Positions 50,574 through 63,061 of a stretch of 64,000 bases of DNA are shown here, in pieces; the first letter of the stretch is position 1; every line of letters begins with the position of its first letter. The DNA is from Hemiscyllium ocellatum (taxonomy: Eukaryota). Made by a program: the position numbers and the translations under genes. Location of the stretch: assembly GCF_020745735.1 (NCBI RefSeq), contig NC_083446.1:3286001-3350000 (forward strand), read 5' to 3'. Under the pieces are notes generated by a model, which saw only the letters and a list, made by a program, of their open reading frames with translations, was not told where the DNA came from and searched no databases.

Positions 50574-52212
50574 ATCTTGCAAAATGTCCAGATTACAGAG
50601 GAGGATGTGCTGGATGTCTTGAAATGGTTAAAGGTGGATAAATCCACAGGACCTGATCAGGTGTCTCTGAGAACTCTGTGGGAAGCTAGAGAAGTGATTG
50701 CTGGGCCTGTTGCTGAGATATTTGTATCATTGATAGTCACAGATGAGGTGCCAGAAGATTGGAGGTTGGCAAACCTGGTGCCACTGTTTAAGAAGGGCGG
50801 TAAAGACAAGCCAGGGAACTATAGACCGGTGAGCCTGACCTCGGTGGTGGGTAAGTTGTTGAAGGGAATCCTGAGGGACAGGATGTACATGTATTTGGAA
50901 AGGCAAGGACTGATTCGGGATAGTCAATATGGCTTTGTGCATGGGAAATCATGTCTCACAAACTTGATTGAGTTTTTTGAAGAAGTAACAAAGTGGATTG
51001 ATGAGGGCAGAGCAGTAGATTGATCTATATGGACTTCAGTAAGGCGTTCAACAAGGTTCCCCATGGGAGACTGATTAGCAAGGTTAGATCTCATGGAATA
51101 GAGGGAGAACTAGCCATTTGGATACAGAATTGGCTCAAAGGTAGAAGACAGAGGGTGATGGTGGAGGGTTGTTTTTCAGAATGGAGGCCTGGGACCAGTG
51201 GAGTGCCACAAGGATTGGTGCCACAAGGATCGGTGCTGGGCCCTCTACTTTTTGTAATTTCCATAAATGATTTCGATGTGAGCATAAGAGGTACAGTTAG
51301 TAAGTTTGCAGATGACACCAAAATTGGAAGTGTAGTGGACAGTGAAGAGGGTTACCTCAGATTACATCAGGATCTGGACCAGATGGGCCAATTGGCTGAG
51401 GAGTGGCAGATGGAGTTTGATTCAGATAAATGAGAGGTGCTACATTTTGGGAAAGCAAATCTTAGCAGGACTTATACACTTAATGGTAAGGTCCAAGGGA
51501 GTGTTGCTGAACAAAGAAACCTTGGAGTGCAGGTTCATAGCTTCTTGAAAGTAGAGTCGTAGGTAGATAGGATAGTGAAGAAGGTGTTTGGTATGCTTTC
51601 CTTTATTGGTCAGAGTATTGAGTACATGAGTTGGGAGGTCATGTTGCGGCTGTACAGGACATTGGTTAGGCCACTGCTGAAATATTGCGTGCAATTCTGG
51701 TCTCCTTCCTATCTGAAAGATGTTGTGAAACTTGAAAGGGTTCAGAAAAGATTTACAAGAATGTTGCCAGGGTTGAAGGATTTGAGCTATAGGGAGAGGC
51801 TGAACAGGCTGGGGCTATTTTCCCTGGAGCGTCAGAGGCTGAGGGGTGACCTTATAGAGGTTTACAAAATTATCAGAGGCATGGATAGGATAAATAGACA
51901 AAGTCTTTTCCCTGGGGTGGGGGGAGTCCAGAACTAAAGAGCATAGGGTTAGAGGGGAAAGATATAAAAGATACCTAACGGGCAACTTTTTCACACAGAG
52001 GGTGGTATGTGTATGGAATGAGCTGCCAGAGGATGTGGTGGAGGCTGGTACAATTGCAACATTTAAGAGGCATTTGGATGGGTATATGAATAGAAAAGGT
52101 TTGGAGGGATATGGGCTGGGTGCTGGCAGGTGGGACTAGATTGGGTTGGGATATCTGGTCGGCATGGACAGGTTGGACCGAAGGGTCTGTTTCCATGCTG
52201 TACATCTCTGTG
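50574..52212 (+). mobile_element. CR1 (HER1-type) LINE, 5'-truncated, disrupted RT
   Basis: PGNYRPVSLTSVVGK, IYMDFSKAFNKVPH, KFADDTK and LVRPLLKYCVQFWSP; several stops and frameshifts. Confidence 0.95.
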
Positions 52213-52454
52213 TAAAAACAGCTTAACTTGACTACTTGGTGACATGAGAACATTCTAGATATCATCCCTGATCTGCGCTGCGCTGAGCTGGCTGCTCTTC
52301 ACCAGGATTGTGGTCAGGACTTTACAACTCACATCGGACTACACCTTGGAAAATCACCTGGGGTTCCTGTTTGGAATTGCATGTTAGGCAAAGGATTGAG
52401 TTTAATTTATGGTCCTTGATTGCACTGAGTGGTCTCTCATGAAAAGAATTATCT

Positions 52455-53027
52455 TGGGGATTTTAAGACTAGAGGGCATATTTTTAAGGTGACAGGAGAC
52501 ACATTTTAAAAAGAAACGGGGGCAATTTTATTTACACAGAGAGTGGTTCGTGAGTGGAATGATCTTCCAGAGGAAGTGATGGTTGCAGGTACAGCTGCAA
52601 TGTTTAAAGACATTCACATAAGACATTTCGATTCCAGCCTCGGGCGACTGTGTGGAGTTTGCACGTTCTCCTGCATCTGTGTGGGTTTGCTCCGGTTTCC
52701 TCCCACAATCCAAAGATGTGCGGTGAATTGGCCATTCTAAATTGCCCATAGCGTTCAGGGATGTGTAAGTTAGGTGCATTAGTCATGGATAAATATAGGG
52801 GAATGGGTCTGGGTGGGATAGTGTTCGGAGGGTCGGTGTGGACTTGCTGGGCTGAAAGGCCTGCTTCCACTCTGTAGGGATTCTGTTCTAAGTACATGAG
52901 TAAGAAATGGTTCAGAGGGATATGGGCCAAATGCAGGCAGGTAGGACTGGTTTAGTTTGGGATTATGGCTGGCATGGACTGGTTGGACTGAAGGGCTTAT
53001 TTCCATGCTGTATGACTCTATGACTCT
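52455..53027 (+). mobile_element. CR1 3' end with a nested 5'-truncated HE1 SINE (52627-52890)
   Basis: FTQRVVREWNDLP..FK is interrupted by a SINE starting at the B box TTCGATTCC. CR1 resumes and ends TATGACTCTATGACTCT. Confidence 0.85.
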
Positions 53028-53174
53028 TGGGTGCAGTTGTGAAGACATCTGGTACCCTTGGAAACATATTAAGGCAACAGTCAGAATCTACTGATGGTAG
53101 GTAATTAGTGCTCATTAAAAAGTAAAGTTCTGCTGTAATTCCTTTAATTCATTTTAATAATGCAGTTATTTCTC

Positions 53175-53920
53175 CTTTGTTGAGGAATGTCTCCATTTTA
53201 AAAAAAAACCTACTTGTTTTCACATTCCTCCAAGGCCTCAAACCTTTCCCCACCTTGATAACTTTTCCAGCCCTGACACCCCTCCCTATCTCTGTAACCT
53301 TCTCCAACACTGACACCCCTCCCTATCTCTATAAACTCCATCAGCACCTACAACCCTTCCTATGTCTGTAACTCCTCCAGCCTTCTACACTCCTCCCTAT
53401 TTCTGTAACTTCCTCCAGCCCTGACACCCCTCATTATCTCTGTAACCCCCTCCAGCCCTCACACCCCTCCCTTTTTCTGTAACCCCCTCCATCTCCTACA
53501 CACCCCCATCTCTGTAAGCTCTTCCAGCCCTTACATCCCTCCAGCCCCTACACCCCCCCCATTTCTGTAACCCCCCTCCTGCCCCTACACCCCCTCCCTA
53601 TCTCTGTAAACCCCGTCCAAACTGTTAGAGCCCTTCAAAATCTTTGGATTCTCCAATTTCAGCTTTTCAAGTCTCCCTAATTTGAATCACCTTTTCTTTG
53701 GTAGCTGTGCCAAAGTACTATGCTCCAGAATTCACTCCTAAACCACCTCACCACTCCACCTGTTTTCTGACTCAAGCTGTGCCTTAAAATCTGCTGATAT
53801 TTACCCATTTTACTTCAGTTCCTTTTGATGTGAATTCATTGTCAATTTTGTTTGATGGCACTCGTATTAAGTGCCTTTTAACATTTTGCTATGTTAAATA
53901 TACCTTATAAATTAAAGTTG
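53175..53920 (+). mobile_element. L2-type LINE 3' end
   Basis: LLVFTFLQGL.P..PPYL resembles the L2 ORF2 C-terminus. Tail TTTTGCTATGTTAAATATACCTTATAAATTAAAGTTG. Confidence 0.6.
53243..53612. repeat. 37-bp C-rich minisatellite, about 10 copies
   Basis: Unit close to CCCTCCCTATCTCTGTAACCTCCTCCAGCCCTGACAC. Confidence 0.9.
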
Positions 53921-55638
53921 AATTCCACTCTTGCCTACTGATATATGATTAGTTAAATAGTTTAACCTTACTGTGTAATCTATCTTGCAATGCAGCCTAC
54001 CTTCAACTGCTTTCCATATTAGAAAGCTTAGTTGGGCATTGCTTTGTCCATTGATGGTCATAATTCCACCAGCAGTGCTGAATGCACCCACATCAACCCA
54101 ACCTGTCCATGTCAGTGTTTATATTTGACTCTCCCATCTTTTCTTACCTAAATCTACCTTTTTGAGGGAGCAAGGCTCCATCATTGCCATCTCTGCCTCC
54201 CACTGCACCTCCATCTTGTAGCTTTCTTGGCCACAGCTCAATCTGTGTCCAGGACCCTGTGAATGGTTGGGGTTCCTCTGCCTCTTCCTAACCTATTTGG
54301 GAGCTGTAAGTCTGAGTATCTGACCGATGAAGCCTATGAATCCTTGAGCACCATGGATGCAGATTAAGGATAATTCAATTCTTTACCTCTGGTTATGAAG
54401 AATGACCAAACAGCAGAGTTCTGAACCTCGGCATAATTCAGTGCATTCAGAAGAGAAGAGAAGAAAGAGAGAGAGGATTCTGGTAATAATCATTAAGATG
54501 TTGTCAGGGAAACAGGGCAGTGGTGATTCCCACATTTGGTTTTGTAAATTGTATAATTTATTTAAACTACCAGGTTATTTGAGTATGAAAGATACATAAA
54601 ATATACAAAGTCATCTTTAAGCTTTGACTTTCATTTCTCTGCATTATTTTATGCAATTTATTTTTGTTTCATTCTGTCAAATCTTGATGCAATACCTGTG
54701 CTAAAGCTATCCCATCATGAGATTCAGTTTTGACAAAATCATTATGAGTCATGTTCCTGTTCAATAACATCATCACTCTCATAAAATACATTCTTTATCT
54801 CTCTCAACCAAGTAACGGGATAACACTGTCTGATGTAACATTTGGATTTCAACAGAGAAAGCTCATCAAACATCCTTTACCATAATGCACACTGATATAG
54901 CAAATGACTTTTGTAGATCTATCTTTCATAAAGAGACTACACAGTTTTACAACCATTTTGTAAAATATAAACATTTAAATCAATATTTTATCAGTGTGTA
55001 ATGGTGAGCTAGGCGAAGTATTTCTGAAATAAGAAAGGGTCCCACTTGATGCACTGAAGGATTATAGTCTTTTGATACTGAATATACTACTGTAAATGTC
55101 TAGCATTTCCTACATATTGTTTACTTCATATTTCTAAATTTTAAATTCTGTTTTTACCTTGGTAAAACACAGCTCACTAGATTGTCTTCACCTACAACCC
55201 AGTGCTTCCTCACATGCTGTCAAATAAACTAACCATGTGAGGTATCCATCACTTCATCTTTGAATGGTAAAAGCAGCTTCAGAGAAATACTGGCAATTCC
55301 CCCTGATGTGAGACTGACCCATGATGGGAAAGGTTTAATCTCTGCTGCAGTTTAGATTGAAGACAGCAGTGAGAATTGTAGAATTTTACAACATGGAAAA
55401 GAACTTTGGACCCACTAACTCTGCAATGATGTTCAGCTTTATGTGAGCCAGCTATATCCACGCCTCTCCTTATACTCTTTCAGATATGTCTTTTAAAAGT
55501 ACTGTCTGATCTCCTGACAGAAAATTCATGGACCCTTCCCAACAGCTGTTTAAGGTAGAGTATTTGCATTTTAATCATCCACTTTGTCAGCAATTATTTT
55601 GCCTAAACTTTGTCTTTTTAATCCTTTCTTCACTTGTA

Positions 55639-56873
55639 GGTCTGAATTTTTGTGGAGATGGAAAGAATCTCTGGCTTAGCCAAAATAGCATAAGAGCCAC
55701 AATTCCAGAAATTCCAACCCTAAATCTGGCATCCACCATTTTTGGAGGCTGGTATTTTTGCACTATTATGATTCATGGAGGCATTTTCACATATTAAAGT
55801 GCAGCTGCCTTCAAACAAATCCAATTCTTGTGACTAGGATGTCTATAACACGACTTGTATGCTTTTCATTTTTCAGGAGAATATCCAAACATAGTAGAGA
55901 TTTTTGGTGAGGTACAGTGTTATTTTTTAATAAGTTCGGGGACCTGTTTGGGAAAGGTCATGTGCCTTTAGGAGATGTTGGATGTCTCCTGGGTTTGTTC
56001 AACTTAGGCATGAATATGCATAAAAAGGGGATATTCTCAATGGAGCTATCAATCTACCAAGGCATCTAAATTCTCTTGGAGTCGTCAAACTCTCAAGGCA
56101 TTTAAAATTTCTGACTTTCGAGTTAAAAGAAGTCTGCTTTTTCAAAAAAAAATTAATGCTTGCTACTTAACTCTGAATGTTGACACAAGCCTGAGAGCTA
56201 CCATTGCAGGATCTGAGCTGCATGGCTGATTTTAAAGCATATGGTTATCACAGTGGGATGCCTTTCAATTCACAGTTTGATTTAAAGCTCCAAGTGGTTG
56301 AACAAATCTTTGACAAGGGGACAACAAAATACTGTATTTATAATGTTTGTATTTACAAGGGATTAATTAGTTGATAGAATTTAAATGTGTATTTTTTTTA
56401 AATAAACGAGCATGTTGTGTTTTTAAATAGTGATGTCATCAGTAGAGACTTAGAACTTCACTTCATTTTATCTCAGCATGCCTGAGGTGTGGCTATGATA
56501 GATTCGAGGTGAATTGTCATGGAAGGTGTAAAGGAGAGGGTGACGTAGATAGACATCGAGGCTTCATGGGGGTTTGAGTATGGTGGTGTAGATTGGCATG
56601 GAGCATATGAAATATCGTGGAAGTGGGTAGAGATGCATCGATTAGCATAGTTAGTATGAAAGGTCATGAGGAGGTTGATGGGAGGCATAAGCCAGTTAGA
56701 ATGGAGCCTGGGATTGTATAGGTACTGAAGTTCAGGTTGTTTTTTGCCCCCTCTTATTTTCTAGCTGGTATAATGCTTCTCTGAGGCAGTCCAACTTGAC
56801 AACAGGCAGTCCCTGTTACTGTCTTTACAGCTTTTTGGGGTCAGTGGGCCCAACTCCAGCTAAGATTCATCCC
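55639..56873. mobile_element. Possible PIF/Harbinger-like non-autonomous element
   Basis: TAGGTCTGAATTTT versus the reverse complement of AAGATTCATCCCTA matches at 11/14 positions. Confidence 0.35.
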
Positions 56874-57925
56874 TACTTCCCCACCCTTGGATCAAACAAA
56901 TTAACTTTGCAGGACATTTTTTCTCTATGGGGTTTATGGAGTTCGGAATTTTCAAAAGGAGGAGTGCAAATCCAGGCTTGAATTATGGGACAGAGTAAAC
57001 TGTGGGGTTCAGGTGGAAAACAAAGACATTTGTGGCTTGTTTCTGAGCTGTAATTTCATTTAGGTGCATGAACTGGAAATATTGTAATTGGCTTTGAAGT
57101 GTTTTGGGACTCTGTTCAAACATGACAGAACTGCAAAACAATGAGTCATCTTACTCAGTATAGGTCCAGTAAGAATCTTTAGCTGTCTTGAGTCCGCATT
57201 CTGGCAGCAACTACAATGGCTAGCCGGCCAGGATCCTGAAGTCAATTTTAACCATTTGGCCAAGCCTTGGCTTTGTTTTGGAATTTTGCTGTAGGCCAAC
57301 CTAGAATTTCTCTGATTGGGATGTGTCCTGAGTGAGGCTATGCAATTGCTTGCACTCAGGTGGGTTCCCCAAGCTCAGTGAGATTGGCAAGGGTGTCTAC
57401 TTCCATTGGAATCCTCTGCAACTCATATGCTCCACTTGCCACATTTTCCAATGATAAAGCTAGTTGTAGGACTTGTTTGAAGTCCAGTTAGGCTTCAGCT
57501 ATTAGGTGCTTTTGCAAAGTTACATCATTAATCCCGCACATCAACCGGTTTCTCAGCATCTCATTAAGAGTTAAATCAAAGTCTCTTGCTTCTGCCTATC
57601 TTAACCTAATGAAAAATCTCATACAGGTTCCCCATATTTTTGGATTGCTGAGGAAAAATGAAAGCGTCTCAGAATTAGAGGAAGCTTGGGGTCATAATCT
57701 TCCCTAACTATGTCTGTCAATTCTTGAAAGATTTTAGTAATATTTGGTGCTTCAGGGAAAGTTAGGTTCCTAATAACAGAAAAAGCTGTGGCTTCACGGG
57801 CTATTAGGAGAATTATTTGTTGCTTTTCCTTAATGACATTTGCCTTAAAAAATAACATAGTGGGTCCAGTCCTCAATGGCAATATCGATCGAGTCAAGCT
57901 TCCCAATCAAAAGCATGATGTAAGA

Positions 57926-58297
57926 CATTGGGGCACAGACAGCCTTACCCCCTCATGCATTATCTGAGCTGACGTGGGACTTATTGTTAAAGTTCACTTG
58001 AGAATGTAACTTTAAAAAAGGTTCTGGGATTTACATGTGAAAGAACTGAAGCCAACATGGTCATTCTAAAAGATGACAGATGTAACAAACAATTCAGATG
58101 TTTTTCTATATATAATTACATCATACCGTAAACTTTTGCTACAAATGCTGTGCCTTTCGATCTTATACTCCACAACCACCTGATGAAGGAGAGGGCTCCG
58201 AAAGCTAGTGCTTCCAAATAAACCTGTTGGACTGTAACCTGGTGTTGTGTGATTTGTAACTTTGTACACCCCAGTCCAACACCGGCATCTCCACATT
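57926..58297 (+). mobile_element. PLE-like family C 3' end inserted just upstream of the Gypsy gag start
   Basis: Contains an intact hammerhead and AATAAA at 58217-58222. Flanks ATGATGTAAGA (57915-57925) and ATGCTGTAGGA (58298-58308). Confidence 0.7.
58177..58210 (+). ncRNA. Minimal hammerhead ribozyme motif (intact)
   Basis: CAC-CTGATGA-A-GGAG-AGGG-CTCC-GAAAG-CTA-GTG. Stem I CAC/GTG, stem II GGAG/CTCC, palindrome AGCT; predicted cleavage after 58207. Confidence 0.8.
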
Positions 58298-58497
58298 ATG
58301 CTGTAGGAAGTGCGTACCCCAATTCAGATGACTGTTGCGAGTGAGTTTCTTCAGGAATGTGCTTCATTCTCAACAGCACTAAACTAACTCCACATTAGCT
58401 GGTCACCAAGTCAGCCTTTATTTACACTTGAAGAGTCCTTCACCTTAGCCAACACTGAAGAGGCAGTACTATCAGAAAGCCAGAATTTCTGACACTC

Positions 58498-58703
58498 ATA
58501 TTTTTTTTTCCTCCTGTTTGTTTTTTTCTTTTTTTTCTTTTTTATTTCTTTTTCTCTTTTTCTTTTTGTGCAGGTGTGAGACACAGTGAGAGACACAAGG
58601 TGCATGAATCTTTATTCAATTTCCACCACCAGGAAGATAGGAAAACACCCGAGTGGCCAGTGACAAGCAGTGTCCTTCACAAAAGGGCAATGCTGCGTGA
58701 TCA
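58498..58703 (-). mobile_element. Polyadenylated retro-insertion (L1/Tx1-like 3' end) inside the Gypsy LTR
   Basis: Minus-strand AATAAA at 58611-58616, A-rich tail at 58501-58567, and GACACTC duplicated at 58491-58497 and 58704-58710. Confidence 0.7.
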
Positions 58704-58852
58704 GACACTCGTCTTTTTATCTGTCAGCAAGAGCTTCTTGAGGTTAACAGCCTCAATCAGAGAATTTAATTTCTATGAGGTCCACTTGGCTGGCCTCATT
58801 ACTATTCTTACACTTATGTCATTCCACATTATTGGATTGAAAACAACCTGCT

Positions 58853-59467
58853 AGAGCATTGAGTATAGAAATCAGGAGGCCATTTTGTGGCTGTACAGGA
58901 CATTGATTAGATCATTTTTGGAATACTGTGTGCAATTCTGGTCTCCCTCCTAACTGAAGAATGTTGTGAAACTTGAAAGTGTTCTGAAAAGATTTACAAG
59001 GATGTTGCCAGGGTTGGTGGATTTGAGCTATTGGGAGAGGCTGAACAGGCTGGGGCTGTTTTCCCTGTAGGGTCGGAGGCTGAGAGATGACCTTATCGAG
59101 GTTTGCAAAATCAAAGGGCATGGATAGGATAAATAGACAAGGTCTTTTCCCTGGGGTGGGGGAGTCCAGAACTAGAAGGGTATAGATTTAAGGTGAGAGG
59201 GGAAAGATTTAAAAGAGACCTAAGGGGCAATTTTTTTCATACAGAGGGTGGTGCTTGTATGGAATGAGCTGCTAGAGGAAGTGTGGAGGCTGATACAATT
59301 ATAACATTTAAAAGGCATTTGGATGGGTATATGAATAGGAAGGGTTTAGAAAGATGTGGGCCAAATTCTGGCAAATGGGACTAGATTAGGTTAGGATATC
59401 TGGTTGGCATGAACGAATTGGAACTGAAGGATCTGTTTCCATTGCTGTACATCTCTATGACTCTATG
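58853..59467 (+). mobile_element. CR1 (HER1-type) 3' end
   Basis: EYCVQFWSP, RFTRMLPGL and the tail ATCTCTATGACTCTATG. Confidence 0.92.
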
Positions 59468-60129
59468 TTCCTGGGTAGGTTCTGCAATGGTGCTGTATGA
59501 ACCAATATACTGTATAAGCGTGTTCGTAAAAAAAAATACAAACAAGGAACAAGAGTAGGCCACTTGATCCTTTGAGCCTCCTCTGCTATTCGATAAGATC
59601 ATGGCTGATCTGATTTTAACCTCAACTCTACATTGCTGCATATGCCCGAGAATCTTTCATTCCCTTGGGAACAGAAAATCTATCTACTTCTTCCTCAAAA
59701 ATACTTATAGATTCTGCATCCACTGCCATTTGAAGAAGGGCATCTGAGAGAAAACTTGTTTAAACTAGCATGCCTATGACCCCAGTTTTAGGTTCTTGCA
59801 CAAGAGGAAATATCCTTTCAACATCTATTTGGTCAAGTTCCCTCAGGATCTTAAGTTTTTAATTAAGTCGCCTCTGATGCTTCTAAACGCAAAAGAATAC
59901 TGGCCTAGCCCATCTAATGTTTGAGATGGGATGGTCCAACTACTTGGAGCGTTCTGCGACAACTAGGCCCGATCTGTCCTTCGTGCTTTGCTGTGATACA
60001 CTGATAGATTTATTTTTGCTGGTTTGCAAGTTAGCTTATCTGATATCCACACTCTATATCTCCCCTGGTCTTTTAGGTATGGGTGATTGTCCCTGGATTC
60101 TCCTTTCTCCTGCTCATTTACGCACTGCA

Positions 60130-60256
60130 GACAGTCTCCTTTTACTTGCACTCATTCATTCCTTTATTCATTCATTCATTCAGGTGCTGGTGACAGTCTC
60201 CTCTTTCTCACTCATTCATTCATTTGTTCATTCATTTATTTGGGTGACTGTCTCTA
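60130..60256. repeat. About 60-bp tandem repeat with (ATTC)n core
   Basis: GACAGTCTCC..CACTCATTCATTC.. repeated twice, plus a partial third copy. Confidence 0.75.
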
Positions 60257-60886
60257 ATCCCTTGCTTATCCTGTCTTTAAGTGCTGGGCAATGAAGACCA
60301 TTGCCTCCCACATACCTGGTAACTGTTTTCAGGCCCTCCTTTCTCCCACTGTTTTATGTGCTGCTGACTGTCTCAATGTTCCTTCTCTGTTACTGGATCA
60401 AAATCCTGAAATTCCCTCCCTCACGGCATTGTGGGTGTATGGACTACAATGGTTCAAAAAGGTAGCCCACCACCACCTTCTCAAGGGCAATTAGGGATGG
60501 GCAATAAATGCTGGCCCAGCCAGAAATGCCTCTGTCCCATGAATGAATAAAATAAACACCATCTATGCTTCCACCAACCTAGTATACACCAATGCTCCAA
60601 ATCATTACCAGTCTTTATATTTCTTCATCTCGTATCCCTTCATTTCTTGCACAAAATCTCAAATCTGTTAACCCTAGTTCTATCATCAGCTAATGGGAAG
60701 TGGTTTACTTTGTTGACTTTATTTAAATGTAATCATACTCTTGCGCAGCATACAAATCTCCCTTCAATCTCCTTTATTCTGAGGAAACCTGTCCCAGCTT
60801 CTCCAACCCAAACCTTGACACGATAATCCCTCATCTCTGGAACCTTTCTGTTAAATCCTCCCGCACCCTCTCAACAACACTCAAAT

Positions 60887-63060
60887 AGACCATAAGACAT
60901 AGGAGTGGAAGTAAGGCCATTCGGCCCATCGAGTCCACTCCACCATTCAATCATGGCTGATGGGCATTTCAATTCCACTTACCCGCATTCTCCCCGTAGC
61001 CCTTAATTCCATATGACATCAAGAATTTATCAATCTCTGCCTTGAAGACATTTAGCATCCCGGCCTCCACTGCACTTTGTGGCAATGAATTCCACAGGCC
61101 CACCACTCTCTGGCTGAAGAAATGTCTCGGCATTTCTGCTCTGAATTTACCCCCTCTAATTCTAAGGCTGTGTCCACGGGTCCTAGTCTCCTCGCCTAAC
61201 TGAAACAATTTCCTAGCGTCCACCCTTTCCAAGCCATGTATTATCTTGTAAGTTTCTATTAGATCTCCCCTTAATCTTCTAAACTCCAATGAATTCAATC
61301 CCAGGATCCTCAGCCGTTCCTCGTATGTTAGACCTACCATTCCAGGGATCATCTGTGTGAATCTCCGCTGGACACGCTCCAGTGCCAGTATGTCCTTCCT
61401 GAGGTGGGGGGACTAAAACTGGACACAGTACTCCAAATGGGGCCTAACCAGAGCTTTATAAAGTCTCAGTAGCACAACGGTGCTTTTATATTCCAACCCT
61501 CTTGAGATAAATGACAACATTGCATTCACTTTCTTAATCACGGACTCAACCTGCATGTTTACCTTCAGAGAATCCTCGACTAGCACTCCCAGATCCCTTT
61601 GTACTTTGGCTTTATGAATTTTCTCACCGTTTAGAAAGTAGTTCATGCTTGTATTCTTTTTTCCAAAGTGCAAGACCTCGTATTTGCTGATATTGAATTC
61701 CATCACCCATTTCCTGGACCACTCTCCTAAACTGTCTAGGTCCTTCTGCAGCCTTCCCACTTCCTCAGTACTACCTGCCTGTCCACCTAACTTTGTATCA
61801 TCGGCAAACTTCGCTAGAATGCCCCCAGTCCCTTCATCCAGATCATTAATATATAACGTGAACAGCTGCGGCCCCAACACTGAACCCTGCAGGACACCGC
61901 TTGTCACCGGCTGCCATTGTGAAAAAGAACCTTTTATCCCAACTCTCTGCCTTCTGTCAGACAGCCAATCCTCAATCCATGCCAGTAGCTCACCTCGAAC
62001 AACATGGGCCCTCACCTTGCTCAGCAGCCTCCCGTGTGGCACCTTATCAAAGGCCTTTTGGAAGTCTAGATAGACCACATCCACTGGGTTTCCCTGGTCT
62101 AACCTACTTGTCACCTCTTCAAAGAATTCCAGCAGGTTTGTCAGGCATGACCTCCCTTTACTAAATCCATGTTGACTTGTTCTAATCCGACTCTGCTCTT
62201 CCAAGAATTTAAAAACCTCATCCTTAATGATGAATTCTGGAATTTTACCAACAACTGAGGTTAAGCTAATTGGCCTATAATTTTCCATCTTTTGTCTTGA
62301 TCCTTTCTTGAACAAGGGGGTTACAACAGCGATCTTCCAATCATTTGGGACTGTCCCTGACTCCAGTGACTTTTGAAAGATCTCAATCAACGCCTCCGCT
62401 ATTTCCTCAGCCACTTCCCTCAGAACTCTAGGATGTATCTATCGGGGTCAGGAGATTTATCAATTTTAAGACCTTTTAGCTTTTCTAGCACTTTCTCTTT
62501 TGTAATGGCAACCATACTCAACTCAGCCCCCTGACTCCCTTTAATTGTTGGGATATTACTCATGTCTTCCACTGTGAAAACTGACGCAAAGTACTTGTTA
62601 AGTCCTCCTGCTATTTCCTTATCTCCCATCACTAGCCTTCCAGCATCAGTTTGAAGTGGCCCAATGTCTACTTTTGCCTGTTGTTTGTTTCTTATGCTTT
62701 GAAAGAAATTTTTACTATCATTTCTATTATTACTGGCTAACCTACCTTCATATTTGATCCTCTCCTTCCTTATTTCTCTCTTTGTTAACCTCTGTTTGGT
62801 TTTGTAGCCTTCACAATATTCTGATTTCCCACTGCTCTTGGCCACTTTACAGGATCTCTCTTTTCCTTTAATACATTTCCTGACTTCCTTTATCAGCCAT
62901 GGTTGTCTAATCCCTCCCCGGATAATCTTTCTTTTCTTGGGGATGAACCTCTGTACAGCGTCCTCAATTATACCCACAAACTCCTGCCATTCTTGCTCCA
63001 CTGTCTTCCCTGCTAGGCTCTGCTCCAGTCTATTTTCGTCAGTTCCTCTCTCATGCCCAC
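60887..63060 (-). mobile_element. CR1 LINE (second subfamily), near-intact ORF2 tether and RT
   Basis: ORFs 62420-63001, 61413-62414 (NYRPISLTS, YLDFQKAFDKVPH, KFADDTK) and 60969-61352; few disablements. Confidence 0.95.
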
Positions 63061-63061
63061 A

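Larger units (their letters stand above)
57140..58815 (-). mobile_element. Gypsy LTR retrotransposon remnant: LTR (about 58380-58815) and degenerate gag (ATG at 57916)
   Basis: Minus strand MLLIGKLDSIDIAIEDWTHYV / FFKAN..IILL..IRNLTFPEAP..FQELTDIV..YDPK.PLILRRF.F / LNEMLRNRLMCGIND resembles Gypsy gag. Confidence 0.75.

Noticed and set aside
53243-53612. CRISPR-like 37-bp periodicity
   Set aside because: The units are contiguous with no unique spacers, there are no cas genes, and the context is eukaryotic.
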